The notes: generated from the letters alone by a model not told the origin. A stretch of DNA of 64,000 nucleotides from Acidobacteriota bacterium (GCA_947482665.1 CANKJK010000005.1:222-64221); one strand, 5' to 3'; counted from the stretch's first letter, positions 1 through 11,104 are shown. Made by a program: numbers and translations.

Positions 1-2072
<2,072 letters not shown>

Positions 2073-2108
2073 TTCTCTGAGGACCTGTTCCTGGGAAAAG
2101 TTGAATCG

Positions 2109-2582
2109 TTACCAGCGATAGTGGGCGAACGCTTTGTTCGCTTCCGCCATGCGATGCGTGTCTTCACGCTTCTTCACGGCGCCACCACGGAGGTTGGAGG
2201 CATCGAGGAGCTCGTTGGCAAGCTTCTCCTGCATCGTCTTGCCGTCCCCACGCGACCGCGCGTAGCTCACCAGCCAGCGGATGCTCAGCGACATGCGCCG
2301 GTTCGGATTGACCTCGACGGGCACCTGGTAGTTGGAACCGCCGACGCGACGCGACTTCACTTCGAGGCTTGGCTTGACGTTCTCAAGCGCCTTCTTGAAG
2401 ACCTTCAGCGGGTCGTCACCGGTGCGCTCCTTGATGAGCTCGAAGCTCTCGTAGAGGATCTTTTCGGCGGTGCTGCGCTTACCGTCTGACATGACGGTAT
2501 TGATGAACTTGCTCAGCAGCGTGCTGCCGTAGATCGGATCAGCCGCCAGTTCGCGTTTGGGAATTTCTCGTCTGCGAGGCAT
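2109..2582 (-). CDS. rpsG: 30S ribosomal protein S7
   Basis: 157-aa [23 protein letters not shown]...[20 protein letters not shown], a typical S7 sequence and length. Confidence 0.97.
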   Translation of the reverse strand: MPRRREIPKRELAADPIYGSTLLSKFINTVMSDGKRSTAEKILYESFELIKERTGDDPLKVFKKALENVKPSLEVKSRRVGGSNYQVPVEVNPNRRMSLSIRWLVSYARSRGDGKTMQEKLANELLDASNLRGGAVKKREDTHRMAEANKAFAHYRW

Positions 2583-2592
2583 ATCTCAGTTC

Positions 2593-2967
2593 CTACTTCT
2601 TCGGGCGCTTCGCGCCGTACTTCGACCGGCCCTGCTTGCGGCCCTGTACGCCCACGGCGTCCAGCGTGCCGCGCACCACGTGATAGCGAACACCCGGCAG
2701 GTCCTTCACGCGGCCCCCGCGGATCAGCACCAGCGAGTGCTCCTGCAGGTTGTGCCCGACACCCGGGATGTAGGTGGTGACCTCGATGCCGTTGGTCAAC
2801 CGGACACGCGCCACCTTGCGGAGAGCAGAGTTCGGCTTCTTCGGCGTCTGCGTGAAGACGCGCACACACACCCCCCGCTTCTGCGGGCTGACCTGGAGCG
2901 CGGGGCTCTTGGTCTTGGTGACGATTTTCTTCCGTCCCTGCCGGACGAGCTGACTAATGGTCGGCAT
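2593..2967 (-). CDS. rpsL: 30S ribosomal protein S12
   Basis: 124-aa [17 protein letters not shown]...[19 protein letters not shown]...[13 protein letters not shown], the canonical S12 sequence. Confidence 0.97.
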   Translation of the reverse strand: MPTISQLVRQGRKKIVTKTKSPALQVSPQKRGVCVRVFTQTPKKPNSALRKVARVRLTNGIEVTTYIPGVGHNLQEHSLVLIRGGRVKDLPGVRYHVVRGTLDAVGVQGRKQGRSKYGAKRPKK

Positions 2968-3234
2968 GCGTCAATCACTCATCTGACCGCCGGAGAGGCT
3001 CCGACGCCCAAACGCATCACAGGCAGCTCCATCGCTGCCTTCCCAAGAGTGCCTCGAGCCTTAAGGCGCGCAACACGCCGCCTGGCGCTCGAGACGAAAA
3101 TGACCCTATTAATTGTTTTCGCTGACGGTCCGCCAATAGCTCAGCGGTGCCGCCAGGGGAAAGGAAGTCCTGAGGACCTCAAATCCGAGCGGTGGGAACC
3201 AGATAGGGTGTCCTGGCCCCGTGAGAACCTGACG

Positions 3235-3264
3235 AATATAGCACTGGATCGATTTTTTGATCAA
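3235..3264 (-). promoter_or_regulatory. Candidate sigma70-type promoter for rpsL-rpsG-fusA (TTGATC-N18-TATATT)
   Basis: Minus-strand reading is ttgatc aaaaaatcgatccagtgc tatatt, in an AT-richer patch just after the upstream gene stop. It implies a leader of about 260 nt before the rpsL ATG. Confidence 0.35.
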
Positions 3265-3294
3265 CCCGGCTGATTACGGCGGCGCCTTTCGACG

Positions 3295-4719
3295 TTACTT
3301 GCCGGCCTTTCGTACGCGATACACACCCGACACGGTGCGGAAGATCAGGCTTCCCCTTAAGACGGCTGGCGTCGCTAAAGCCATCTCTCCAAAGGAGTTC
3401 TTCCCCACGACCTTAAAATCAGCCCCCGGCTGGATGATGTAAGTGTCGCCATCTTCGCTGAGCGCAAAAATCTTTCCGTTGTACGCCCAGGGAGACGCGG
3501 TAAACCCGCTGGTGTCCACATCGATGCGTTTCCGGCCGTAGACCCGCTCCCCAGTCAGTGCATCGTTACACTGCATAAACCCCTGGGATTCAAGCGTATA
3601 GAGGTACTTGCCATAGACCAGCGCTGACGGCATGTAAGAGGCCAGCTTAGGCTGGGTCCACACCACGAATGCATTGGCCGACTCTCCGTCTTTGGGGGTG
3701 ATATCCCCTGAGGCGCCTGGTTTGACCGCCCAGACTGGACGCGTGGCGTCGGCCGGGTACCCCGCGCTCACATACAGCAGCCCATTCGCCGCAAATGGGG
3801 TCGGCGTGGAGTTGCTGCCAAGTCCGCGCAGGTGCCAGAGCGGCTTGCCATTGATGTCATAGGACCGGACGGCCCCTGCGGCCATGACAATGATCTCTGT
3901 ACGCTGGCCGTTCTCCCAGACAAAGGGCGTCGCCCAGGTGGGTCCACCGGGGGTGAAGCGCTCGCTGGTCACCCGCCAGAGTTCCTTCCCGGTGGCGGTG
4001 GCATAGGCGGCGAGGAACCAGGGCCGGCGTGGCTCATGGTCATCCACAACAAAGAGCCGGTCCTTGTAGAGCGCTGGCGAGGAGGCCGTTCCGAAGTCGA
4101 TTCGGCCCGCCGCGTTGGCCGGGTTCTCGGCTGGCAGGGAGTTCGGGGGCTGGACTCGGGTGGACCAGAGGAGTTTGCCCTTGAAGTCGACGGCGAACAG
4201 GCCAAAGTCCCCGTTGTAGACGTAGACCCGCTCGCCGTCGGTGACCGGCGTCTCCGAGCTGTAGCTGTTCTTCGGGTGCTTGGCCGCGAGCGGTTCGCCG
4301 TTCCTGAGCTCCCGCTCCCATCGAACCTTCCCGCTCTTGAAGTCCAGGTCGTACATGACCCAGCGGTGTGGCGTCTTGAGAATGGGCGCGCGCATGCCCT
4401 CCTTGTAGCTGGCCCCCTTGCCGTCCTCAATGAGGTCCAGACCTGGCTTCGGCATCGGCTCATCGCTGATGACGGTGGTCACAAACACGTGGTCGTCCCA
4501 GACGATGGGGGAACTCCAGCCGCGCCCGGGAATCGGCGTCTTCCACGCGACATTCTGCTCGGCACTCCAGGTGTCTGGCAGCGCGGGGTCATCGGTGATG
4601 ACGCCGCTGGTGGGCCCGCGGAACCGTGTCCACTGCTCCCGGCCAGCTCCCGCCGCCGCGACACCGAGCACCGCCACCCATCCGCACACCGCAAGCACGC
4701 GACTGATTCTCATGAGCAC
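3295..4719 (-). CDS. Secreted PQQ-like / BamB-like beta-propeller repeat protein
   Basis: 474 aa with a signal peptide (MLMRISRVLAVCGWVAVLGVAAAGA). It has repeated W/G-rich blades (WKTPIPGRGWSSPIVWDDHVFV, LLWSTRV, ELWRV, PLWHL). No catalytic quinoprotein motifs were recognised. Confidence 0.7.
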   Translation of the reverse strand: MLMRISRVLAVCGWVAVLGVAAAGAGREQWTRFRGPTSGVITDDPALPDTWSAEQNVAWKTPIPGRGWSSPIVWDDHVFVTTVISDEPMPKPGLDLIEDGKGASYKEGMRAPILKTPHRWVMYDLDFKSGKVRWERELRNGEPLAAKHPKNSYSSETPVTDGERVYVYNGDFGLFAVDFKGKLLWSTRVQPPNSLPAENPANAAGRIDFGTASSPALYKDRLFVVDDHEPRRPWFLAAYATATGKELWRVTSERFTPGGPTWATPFVWENGQRTEIIVMAAGAVRSYDINGKPLWHLRGLGSNSTPTPFAANGLLYVSAGYPADATRPVWAVKPGASGDITPKDGESANAFVVWTQPKLASYMPSALVYGKYLYTLESQGFMQCNDALTGERVYGRKRIDVDTSGFTASPWAYNGKIFALSEDGDTYIIQPGADFKVVGKNSFGEMALATPAVLRGSLIFRTVSGVYRVRKAGK

Positions 4720-4749
4720 TCCATGCCGGAACTGTCCGACACGACGCGG

Positions 4750-6051
4750 TCAGAGCCGCGCCGTGCTGTTGCCGAGCCGTTCAACGCGCACCCCAAGTGC
4801 CTCAAGCAGCGAGAGGTGCAGATTCGCGAGTGGCGTCCCCTCGGGATGCCGTCGGTGCACGCCCTGGGTCAGCGCCCGTGGTCCCGCGACAAGCACCGGC
4901 AGATTATCGTGGCGATGCCGGTCGCTGTCACTCATGCCCGCGCCAAAGAGTACGAGGGTCCGATCCAGCAGCGACCCGCCCGCGTCCTCCAGGTCCCGCA
5001 AGCGGCCAAGGAAATACGCCGGCACTCCCATGTGCAGCCGGTTGATCGCCGCGAGGCGGCTCACCCGTCCGGGTTCCCCTTGATGGTGCGAGAGCTGATG
5101 GTGCCCCTCAGTCACGCCGATCTCCGGATACGTCCGCGTGCTGGCTTCGATGCCGATCATCACCGTTCCCACCCGCGTGAGATCGGCATGGAGGGCCAAT
5201 GCGCAGAGGTCCAACATCAGGGTATAGCGCTCGACGAAGCTGCCGGCAGGCTCCCTCACGGCTCCCGCATCGGGCACATCGGCGGTGGCACGGCGTTCGG
5301 TGGACCGGATCCGGGCCTCAACGTCGCGGATGGCTTGCGCGTACCGGTCCAGCTGTAACCGGTCGGCCGCACTCACACGGCCTCGCAGGCGTCCCAGGCC
5401 CTCCATCAACGAGTCCAGGAGGCTGCGATCATCTCGTGCGACCCGCGCCCGCTCAGCGGGGGACGCGTCCGGGTCGCCGAACAATCGCTCGAAAACCGCG
5501 CGCGGGCTGGCTTCCATCGGCAGCGGCGTCTCGGGAGACGACCAACTCACCGTGTTCTGGTACGCGCAGCTGTACTGCACATCACAGGCGCCCGTGAGCG
5601 GTCCCTCTTCCAATCCAATCTCCAACGACGGGAGTCGCGTGTCGCCGCTGAGCGTCCGCGCCGCGATCTGGTCGACGGACATTCCGGCCCGCACCGCCGA
5701 CCCTCTGGTAGGCGACGGACTGGTGGCGGTCAGAAACTTCGTCGCGGCGCCGGCATGATAGGCGGGCACGACCGGCAACCCCAGCGTGCTGAGTCCAGAC
5801 TCCACGCGGAGATGCTCCCGAAACGGCGCCAGCGGGGCCAGGGTCTGGGGCAACTGCGTCATCGGCCCCTCGACGCCTGGCGTCCAGTCCGGCATCACCA
5901 TCCCGTTCGGGGCGTAGAACGTCACGAATCTCGACGGTCCGCCCGCAGCCATGAGAGCCTGTCGGCCCACTGGCAGCATGGCGTCAAGCAGGGGCACTCC
6001 GAGCAGTGCCCCGGCGCCGCGCAGCCACGTGCGGCGCGGCAGAGGCTTCAC
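4750..6051 (-). CDS. DUF1552 domain protein with Tat-type signal
   Basis: GTG start. N-terminus is MKPLPRRTWLRGAGALLGVPLLDAMLP (twin-arginine). Family hallmarks GHHQLSHHQG and GAGMSDSDRHRHDNLPVLVAG are present. Confidence 0.85.
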   Translation of the reverse strand: MKPLPRRTWLRGAGALLGVPLLDAMLPVGRQALMAAGGPSRFVTFYAPNGMVMPDWTPGVEGPMTQLPQTLAPLAPFREHLRVESGLSTLGLPVVPAYHAGAATKFLTATSPSPTRGSAVRAGMSVDQIAARTLSGDTRLPSLEIGLEEGPLTGACDVQYSCAYQNTVSWSSPETPLPMEASPRAVFERLFGDPDASPAERARVARDDRSLLDSLMEGLGRLRGRVSAADRLQLDRYAQAIRDVEARIRSTERRATADVPDAGAVREPAGSFVERYTLMLDLCALALHADLTRVGTVMIGIEASTRTYPEIGVTEGHHQLSHHQGEPGRVSRLAAINRLHMGVPAYFLGRLRDLEDAGGSLLDRTLVLFGAGMSDSDRHRHDNLPVLVAGPRALTQGVHRRHPEGTPLANLHLSLLEALGVRVERLGNSTARL

Positions 6052-7592
6052 TGACCGGAGCCCTTCGCCGGCGACGGGGCCTTGTAGCCGGGCTTGGACT
6101 TCTCCTGCTCGTCGCGATCCTTCTTCGTCTGGCCCGCCAGGAATCCTCCGCGTTCAACTCCGCCAACACCGCCGAGCGTCTTCAACAGCGCGGCCGCCGC
6201 GGGGCGGTCGAAGAAGAAGGAAAAGTGATACCCCTCGGTGATGTCGAGCGGCGTTTCATCACGCGCGTTCTTCACGTTGACATTGCCGCCCTTGTCCGCC
6301 AGCACCTGGATCACCTGCTCGAAACCCGCCCAGGCCGCGGAATGCATGGCCGTGAACTTGTCGGCGTTCGCCGCGCTCACATCAGCACCCAGACCGAGGA
6401 CGAATTTCGTCGCCTCGACGTAGGCGCTCTGCGGAATCCGGCTCTCCTGGTCCTGATAGCCGATGCCCGCAGCCGCCATCAGAGGAGTGCAACCGGTCTT
6501 CGTACGCACATCGGCCTTCGCACCAAGTGAGAGCAGTAACTTCATGACATCCATATCCACGACGATCGTCGCGAGATAGAACGGCGTGGCTCCGGTCATG
6601 ATGTCGCCGCGGCCGATGCCGTACAGGTAGTAGCCGAAGCGCGGAGGATTCTTGGTGAGGCGCGCTTCGATGTCTGCCCCCTTGGCGACCAGCGTCCGGA
6701 TCAGCTCCAGCTTGCCCGCACGCGACGGAATCCCGGCAGCAGCCTTCCACTCACCGGGAGCATCGGGATAGTCATAGGTGATGATGCTCTCGAAGGTTCC
6801 GGCCGCCCAGTGCAGCGGGGTGTAGCCCGCCTTCTCCGCGTCCCCATCAGGCCGGGCGCCCTTCTCGAGCAGAAACCGCGCCGTGTCGACATGGCCGCGA
6901 ACGGTCGCCACCAGGAGCGGGGTACTGCCGTCCTCGGCCGACTGATTGATGTCGCCGCCACGCTCCACCAACAGCTTCACCAGCTCAAGTGACGGCTCGC
7001 GTGCCGCGAACATCAGCGCACTGAAACCAGAACCCGTCCGCGTCTTGAGGTCTGCGCCCTTCTCGAGCAGCAGGCGTGCCGCCTCGAGGTGCCCCTCAGC
7101 CGCCGCCCACATCAGGGCCGTCTGCCCCTTCGACGCCTGACGGCCGTTCGGGTCCGCACCGCGGGCCAGCAGGGCCGCCACCGCACCGGGAGTGCCAGTC
7201 CTGGCCGCGGCCATCAGCACGGTCTCACCGGTCGGGAGCGAGGCGTTCGGGCGGGCGCCGGCTTTCAACAGTCGCTCAATGGTCGCCGCGCTACCGTTGG
7301 TGGCCGCCAGATAGAGCGGCATCACGCCATAGTCGTTCGCGGCGTTGACGTTGGCGCCTGCACCGAGGAGCGCCTCGACCTGATCCGCGGCGTCATAGTG
7401 CACGGCCCAATGCAGGGCCGTTGAGCCGTCGGCCAGCGGCACATTGACCGGCACCCGCTGCTTCACCAGCGCGACGAGGGTCCGGCTGTCCCGCGCCTTC
7501 GCCGCATCCGCCACCCGCGTGTCAGGCGAGGCGGCACGTGCCGCTCCTGCACAGAGGGCAACCATCACGATAACGCCCGACGTCAGATGCAT
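6048..7592 (-). CDS. Secreted ankyrin-repeat protein
   Basis: Start trimmed to MHLTSGVIVMVALCAGAARAAS (signal peptide; ATG is the complement of 7590-7592). There are at least 10 ankyrin-like repeats (GSTALHWAV..., GVMPLYLAA..., GQTALMWAAAEGHLEAARLLLEKGADL...). Its stop overlaps the DUF1552 start (GTGA). Confidence 0.85.
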   Translation of the reverse strand: MHLTSGVIVMVALCAGAARAASPDTRVADAAKARDSRTLVALVKQRVPVNVPLADGSTALHWAVHYDAADQVEALLGAGANVNAANDYGVMPLYLAATNGSAATIERLLKAGARPNASLPTGETVLMAAARTGTPGAVAALLARGADPNGRQASKGQTALMWAAAEGHLEAARLLLEKGADLKTRTGSGFSALMFAAREPSLELVKLLVERGGDINQSAEDGSTPLLVATVRGHVDTARFLLEKGARPDGDAEKAGYTPLHWAAGTFESIITYDYPDAPGEWKAAAGIPSRAGKLELIRTLVAKGADIEARLTKNPPRFGYYLYGIGRGDIMTGATPFYLATIVVDMDVMKLLLSLGAKADVRTKTGCTPLMAAAGIGYQDQESRIPQSAYVEATKFVLGLGADVSAANADKFTAMHSAAWAGFEQVIQVLADKGGNVNVKNARDETPLDITEGYHFSFFFDRPAAAALLKTLGGVGGVERGGFLAGQTKKDRDEQEKSKPGYKAPSPAKGSGQ

Positions 7593-7627
7593 TGCTCGCA
7601 CAGTCTCTCTCCTTGAAACGACGAAGC

Positions 7628-8659
7628 CTATCGGCCCGCGGACGAGGGAATCGTCACGGCCACGGAATCGGCGCGAGCCGCCGCGGCAGACCCGAGGGCC
7701 GGCTTTGCCCAGCGCACGATCGAACCCTTCAGTTGAGCCGCCGGCACATCGCCGCTCAACGTCACGCTGGGGGATACCTTTTCGGCAGGCCCAAGCCGCG
7801 CCACGCGCCACACGGCCACATCGGCTCCGCCGTTGACCTCCGGGTCGCGGCGTGTCCCTTCGTATCCTGGGCCACCGGCTGACACGACTTTGCTTCCAGG
7901 CGGCAAGACCACGGCTATCGTCAGATCCTCCGCCGTCAGGCCCTTCCCCACCTCGCCGTCATTGCTGATCGTGAGCACATGCGTCGTGTTGCCCCCCGCG
8001 GATGACGTTCCGCTGACCGCACCGCTCACCGGCACCCGAATGCCCAGGTCCACAAACAGGTACTGGTAGATCTCGCGCAGGGTCGCCTCGGTCAGACGGT
8101 CCTTCGAGAACAGGCCCATCTGGTTCTGCGGGTAGTACTCATTGTGGTTGTAGATCACTCTCGTGAAGCGCGAGAAGTCGAACCCCACGCCCATCTCCCC
8201 GCCCAGCACACGGCGCGGGTTCGTCAAGAGCGCTCCGTGGCACTGGTAACAGCCCGAGACCGTCATCAGATAGGGCCCGCGTGGCTCTGCCGGGGGCAGC
8301 GGCGTCTTCCACGCCGCCGGCTCCGCGACCTTGGGCAGGCTGGCGAACCATGCGCTCAGATTCGCGAGCGTCTCGTCGCTCACGCTCTCCTGGGGATATC
8401 GCGGCATGACGCCCCACGGCTGGCGCACGGCCCGCCGGACCTGGGCCAGACTCAGACCCCGACCGGCGAGGTCTGGCCCAAAACCGCCCTCAGCATTCAT
8501 CCCATGGCAGTTGTTGCACCACAGCGTGCCTGCGGCCTGGTTGGGACCCACACCGCCGGGCTTGGCCTGCCACTGCTTCTTTCCCGCGTCGGCATTTCCG
8601 GGAGCCGGCGGTACCTGGAGGGCCCCAAGCAGCAGAAGCGCGAGAATTCCGTTCGTCAT
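7628..8659 (-). CDS. Secreted dihaem c-type cytochrome with C-terminal beta-sandwich (DUF11-like) domain
   Basis: 343 aa with a signal peptide. Two CxxCH motifs are present (WCNNCHG, GCYQCHG). The C-terminal segment THVLTISNDGEVGKGLTAEDLTIAVVLPPGSKVVS resembles the conserved-repeat/DUF11 fold. Confidence 0.8.
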   Translation of the reverse strand: MTNGILALLLLGALQVPPAPGNADAGKKQWQAKPGGVGPNQAAGTLWCNNCHGMNAEGGFGPDLAGRGLSLAQVRRAVRQPWGVMPRYPQESVSDETLANLSAWFASLPKVAEPAAWKTPLPPAEPRGPYLMTVSGCYQCHGALLTNPRRVLGGEMGVGFDFSRFTRVIYNHNEYYPQNQMGLFSKDRLTEATLREIYQYLFVDLGIRVPVSGAVSGTSSAGGNTTHVLTISNDGEVGKGLTAEDLTIAVVLPPGSKVVSAGGPGYEGTRRDPEVNGGADVAVWRVARLGPAEKVSPSVTLSGDVPAAQLKGSIVRWAKPALGSAAAARADSVAVTIPSSAGR

Positions 8660-8820
8660 GGATGGAGCCTATTGGGGAACGAGCTGTGCGGGGCGCAGGC
8701 CCTTATAGAGGAATCGCTGGACCCGCTGCTCTTTCAGGCATAACGAGGCGGCGGCCACCCCCAGGGCAGCCACCGCCAGCACCGCGCGAGCGTGCGTCAT
8801 CGAATCGATTGCCACCAGGC

Positions 8821-10551
8821 CTAGTCGAGCGGCTCGATCTTGACGATCCGCGCGTTCCGCTCGTTGGCGAACCACACCGACTTCTTGTCGACCGGGTCGA
8901 TCGTCACCTGCTTGGTGTCGAAGTCGCGAACCGGCATGAGATAGGTCACGATCTCGCCCGTCTTCGCATCCACGCGGAACACCCGATCAGAGGTATTGCT
9001 GGGGGCATACACCCGCCCCTTGCTGTCTGGCGTCGACGATGTGTATGGCGCGGCAAACGGGATCTTCGGGTCGTACTCGGTGAACTTCTCGGTCTTCGTG
9101 TCGAACATGCCGATCTTGTCACCCGTGTATTCGCCGAACCAGAAGCGGCCCTGATCGTCGATCTTGCCGCGGCGCGGCTGCGCGGCGGGCGTCGGCGTCG
9201 GGAAGTACTTCACCGTCTTCGTATTGACATCAACACCGACGATGGCGGACGCGCCGAAGTCCGTGATCCAGGGGTTGCCCTTCGGATCCACGGCGATCTC
9301 ATAGCCGGAATGCGGCCCCTTCGGGACGTTGGGCGCCTTGGTCCAGTCGAACTCCCAATCCACCTTGGCCGTCCTCGGGTCGATCCGCACGAAGGTGGCA
9401 AACCCCGACCAGATCTTGCCGTCAGGACCGATCGACATGAACTGCGTCGTCGGAGGGGAGGCATACCCGGTCGTCGGCGTAAACGTCTTCGCCTTCGGAT
9501 CGAACTTGTGGATCAGGCCGAAGTGGTTGTTGACGGAGTCATCGGTGGTCGGGAACCACGCGTTGCCCTCGCGGTCCATCTGGATGTCGCTGGCACCGGC
9601 AAACTCGTGGTGCGTATCCGTGCCCAGCGGACGGATCGGGTACTCCGTGAACTGCCCCGTCTTCGCATTCATCATGCCGATGAATGGGCGGCTCTGGTCC
9701 GTGTACCAGGGATTGCCGTCCAAGGCGACGTCCATGTCGTGCGGCACCGTATCCTTCCGAGGCATGTCGTACTGCGTGATGATGACCTTCGTCCCCTTGC
9801 CCTTTGGGCGCGGCAGCAACGAAAACTTCGCCGGCAAGGCCCTCCCACCACTCTGATTGATCGTCGCGAGGTACTTCCCGAGTTCAACCTTGTTGGCGCC
9901 GGGCACGAAGCCCCACGAGGGATTCTTCTCGGCCGCCGCCTGCGCCGCCTTGCCGTCAAACTGCGCCCGGCCACGCCCTTCCGTCCCGGCCATCGTGCCG
10001 TCCGGGTAGTACTTCTGCATCCGGTTGATGACCGGCACGAACTGCTCGGCCGTGTGCTTCGACTTCAGCACGCGCTCGAGCGAGTGGCAGTAGGTGCAGC
10101 TGGCAATCTGCTTGATGACGAGGGCCTTCTCGGCAGGCGTGCCAGGGACGGATGTGATCCACTCTACCGAGGTCACCTGACTGCTGATGTCCTTCGCGGG
10201 CTCCAGCGCCAGATCAAGCGTGGCGGCCTTGGCCGCATCCACGTCAACCGACGCCGGGGCGCCCGTCAGATCAAAACCGACCGCGCGAATCTTGACCGCG
10301 TACTTGCCGGCCTCCTTCAGATGCGTGCGCGGAAAGCTGTACTTGCCCTGCGCGTCGCTCACGACGGTGACGTCGTAGTTGGCGCCTTCGCGGCGGGCCG
10401 TGACCAGCACGCCCTCCATCTTCCCCTCGGCCTGGGAACTGACCGTGCCGCTGAGTGCCACGGCACCCTGTGCTCCGACACGCGGAGAAAGCGAGAACAC
10501 CCCCGACAGCGCCGCGACCAGCACTGCGGCAGACAGAATCTTCGTTCGCAT
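8821..10551 (-). CDS. Secreted CarboxypepD_reg-like domain + cytochrome c (CTYCH) + Vgb/NHL-like beta-propeller protein
   Basis: Start trimmed to MRTKILSAAVLVAALSG (ATG is the complement of 10549-10551). N-terminal segment LSGTVSSQAEGKMEGVLVTARREGANYDVTVVSDAQGKYSF is carboxypeptidase-regulatory-like. A single CxxCH motif is present (ASCTYCHS). The C-terminal half is repetitive propeller-like sequence (NPWYTD, NAWFPT, KIWSG, NPWITD, RFWFGE, SVWFAN). Confidence 0.75.
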   Translation of the reverse strand: MRTKILSAAVLVAALSGVFSLSPRVGAQGAVALSGTVSSQAEGKMEGVLVTARREGANYDVTVVSDAQGKYSFPRTHLKEAGKYAVKIRAVGFDLTGAPASVDVDAAKAATLDLALEPAKDISSQVTSVEWITSVPGTPAEKALVIKQIASCTYCHSLERVLKSKHTAEQFVPVINRMQKYYPDGTMAGTEGRGRAQFDGKAAQAAAEKNPSWGFVPGANKVELGKYLATINQSGGRALPAKFSLLPRPKGKGTKVIITQYDMPRKDTVPHDMDVALDGNPWYTDQSRPFIGMMNAKTGQFTEYPIRPLGTDTHHEFAGASDIQMDREGNAWFPTTDDSVNNHFGLIHKFDPKAKTFTPTTGYASPPTTQFMSIGPDGKIWSGFATFVRIDPRTAKVDWEFDWTKAPNVPKGPHSGYEIAVDPKGNPWITDFGASAIVGVDVNTKTVKYFPTPTPAAQPRRGKIDDQGRFWFGEYTGDKIGMFDTKTEKFTEYDPKIPFAAPYTSSTPDSKGRVYAPSNTSDRVFRVDAKTGEIVTYLMPVRDFDTKQVTIDPVDKKSVWFANERNARIVKIEPLD

Positions 10552-10628
10552 GGATACCCTCTCGTGCGCGTCACCCACCACAGGCAGCCGGTCGCGCCCC
10601 GGCCGCGGGGAAAGAATTCTACTCCTGC

Positions 10629-11054
10629 CTAGTCCAGAGGCTCGACACGGGTCACCCTCGCCGTCTGCTTGTTCGTCATCCAGAGCACGGGACGAGGACC
10701 GGAGTTATCGATGGGGAGGTTCTTCGGGTCGATCTGGAAGAACCGCTCGAACCCATTGCTGGGCGCGTAGAACCGGCCTTTCTTGTCCGCGAGGTATTCG
10801 CCGAAATAGAACTTGTCGTCTTTGTGGTCAATTCGGCCGCGGCGCGCCTTGAGGCCGGGCACGGAGACGGTCATGGTGCCGCCCTCCTGCCGGGCACTGA
10901 TGACGACGCCCTCCATCGTGCCTTCGGCCTGGGACGATACCTGGCCGGTCAGCGCCGCAGCGCCCGCAGCCGCGAGACCCGCCTGAGCGGTCATCCAGAC
11001 AGCGGCCACGACGGCGAGACCCGCCAAGACCAGCAGACGCGATGCGTACTTCAT
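10629..11054 (-). CDS. Internally deleted mini-paralog of the 8821-10551 protein (intact 141-aa ORF)
   Basis: Signal peptide followed by LTGQVSSQAEGTMEGVVISARQEGGTMTVSV, matching the neighbour's N-terminus. It then jumps to ARRGRIDHKDDKFYFGEYLADKKGRFYAPSN...TARVTRVEPLD, matching the neighbour's last ~100 aa (PRRGKIDDQGRFWFGEYTGDK...GRVYAPSN...ARIVKIEPLD). It has its own TAGAAT box and a GGAGGG SD upstream. Confidence 0.6.
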   Translation of the reverse strand: MKYASRLLVLAGLAVVAAVWMTAQAGLAAAGAAALTGQVSSQAEGTMEGVVISARQEGGTMTVSVPGLKARRGRIDHKDDKFYFGEYLADKKGRFYAPSNGFERFFQIDPKNLPIDNSGPRPVLWMTNKQTARVTRVEPLD

Positions 11055-11078
11055 GGGGATAAAGCCCTCCGGCCGCGG

Positions 11079-11084
11079 ATTCTA
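11079..11084 (-). promoter_or_regulatory. -10 box (TAGAAT) upstream of the 11054->3295 gene block
   Basis: Minus-strand reading is ggcTAGAATccgcggccGGAGGGctttatccccATG: a -10 hexamer, then a Shine-Dalgarno, then the start of the mini-paralog. Confidence 0.35.
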
Positions 11085-11104
11085 GCCGAAAGACCTGGTG
11101 CGGG

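Noticed and set aside
3137-3148. tRNA-like D-loop string TAGCTCAGCGGT in the rpsL upstream region.
   Set aside because: No complementary GAGC closing the D-arm was found. No acceptor stem, anticodon arm or T-loop (GTTCGAATC-like) could be built on either strand.
3295-4719. Calling the propeller protein a PQQ-dependent dehydrogenase.
   Set aside because: Only generic beta-propeller (BamB/PQQ-like) repeats are visible. I saw no quinoprotein catalytic or haem signatures, so only the fold-level call is kept.
8669-8800. 43-aa minus-strand ORF (MTHARAVLAVAALGVAAASLCLKEQRVQRFLYKGLRPAQLVPQ) in the 160-bp gap between the propeller-cytochrome gene and the dihaem cytochrome gene.
   Set aside because: The N-terminus is hydrophobic, but there is no convincing SD or -10 box and no canonical lipobox. 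It is too short to judge coding potential by eye. It is worth a conservation check but is not reportable as a gene.
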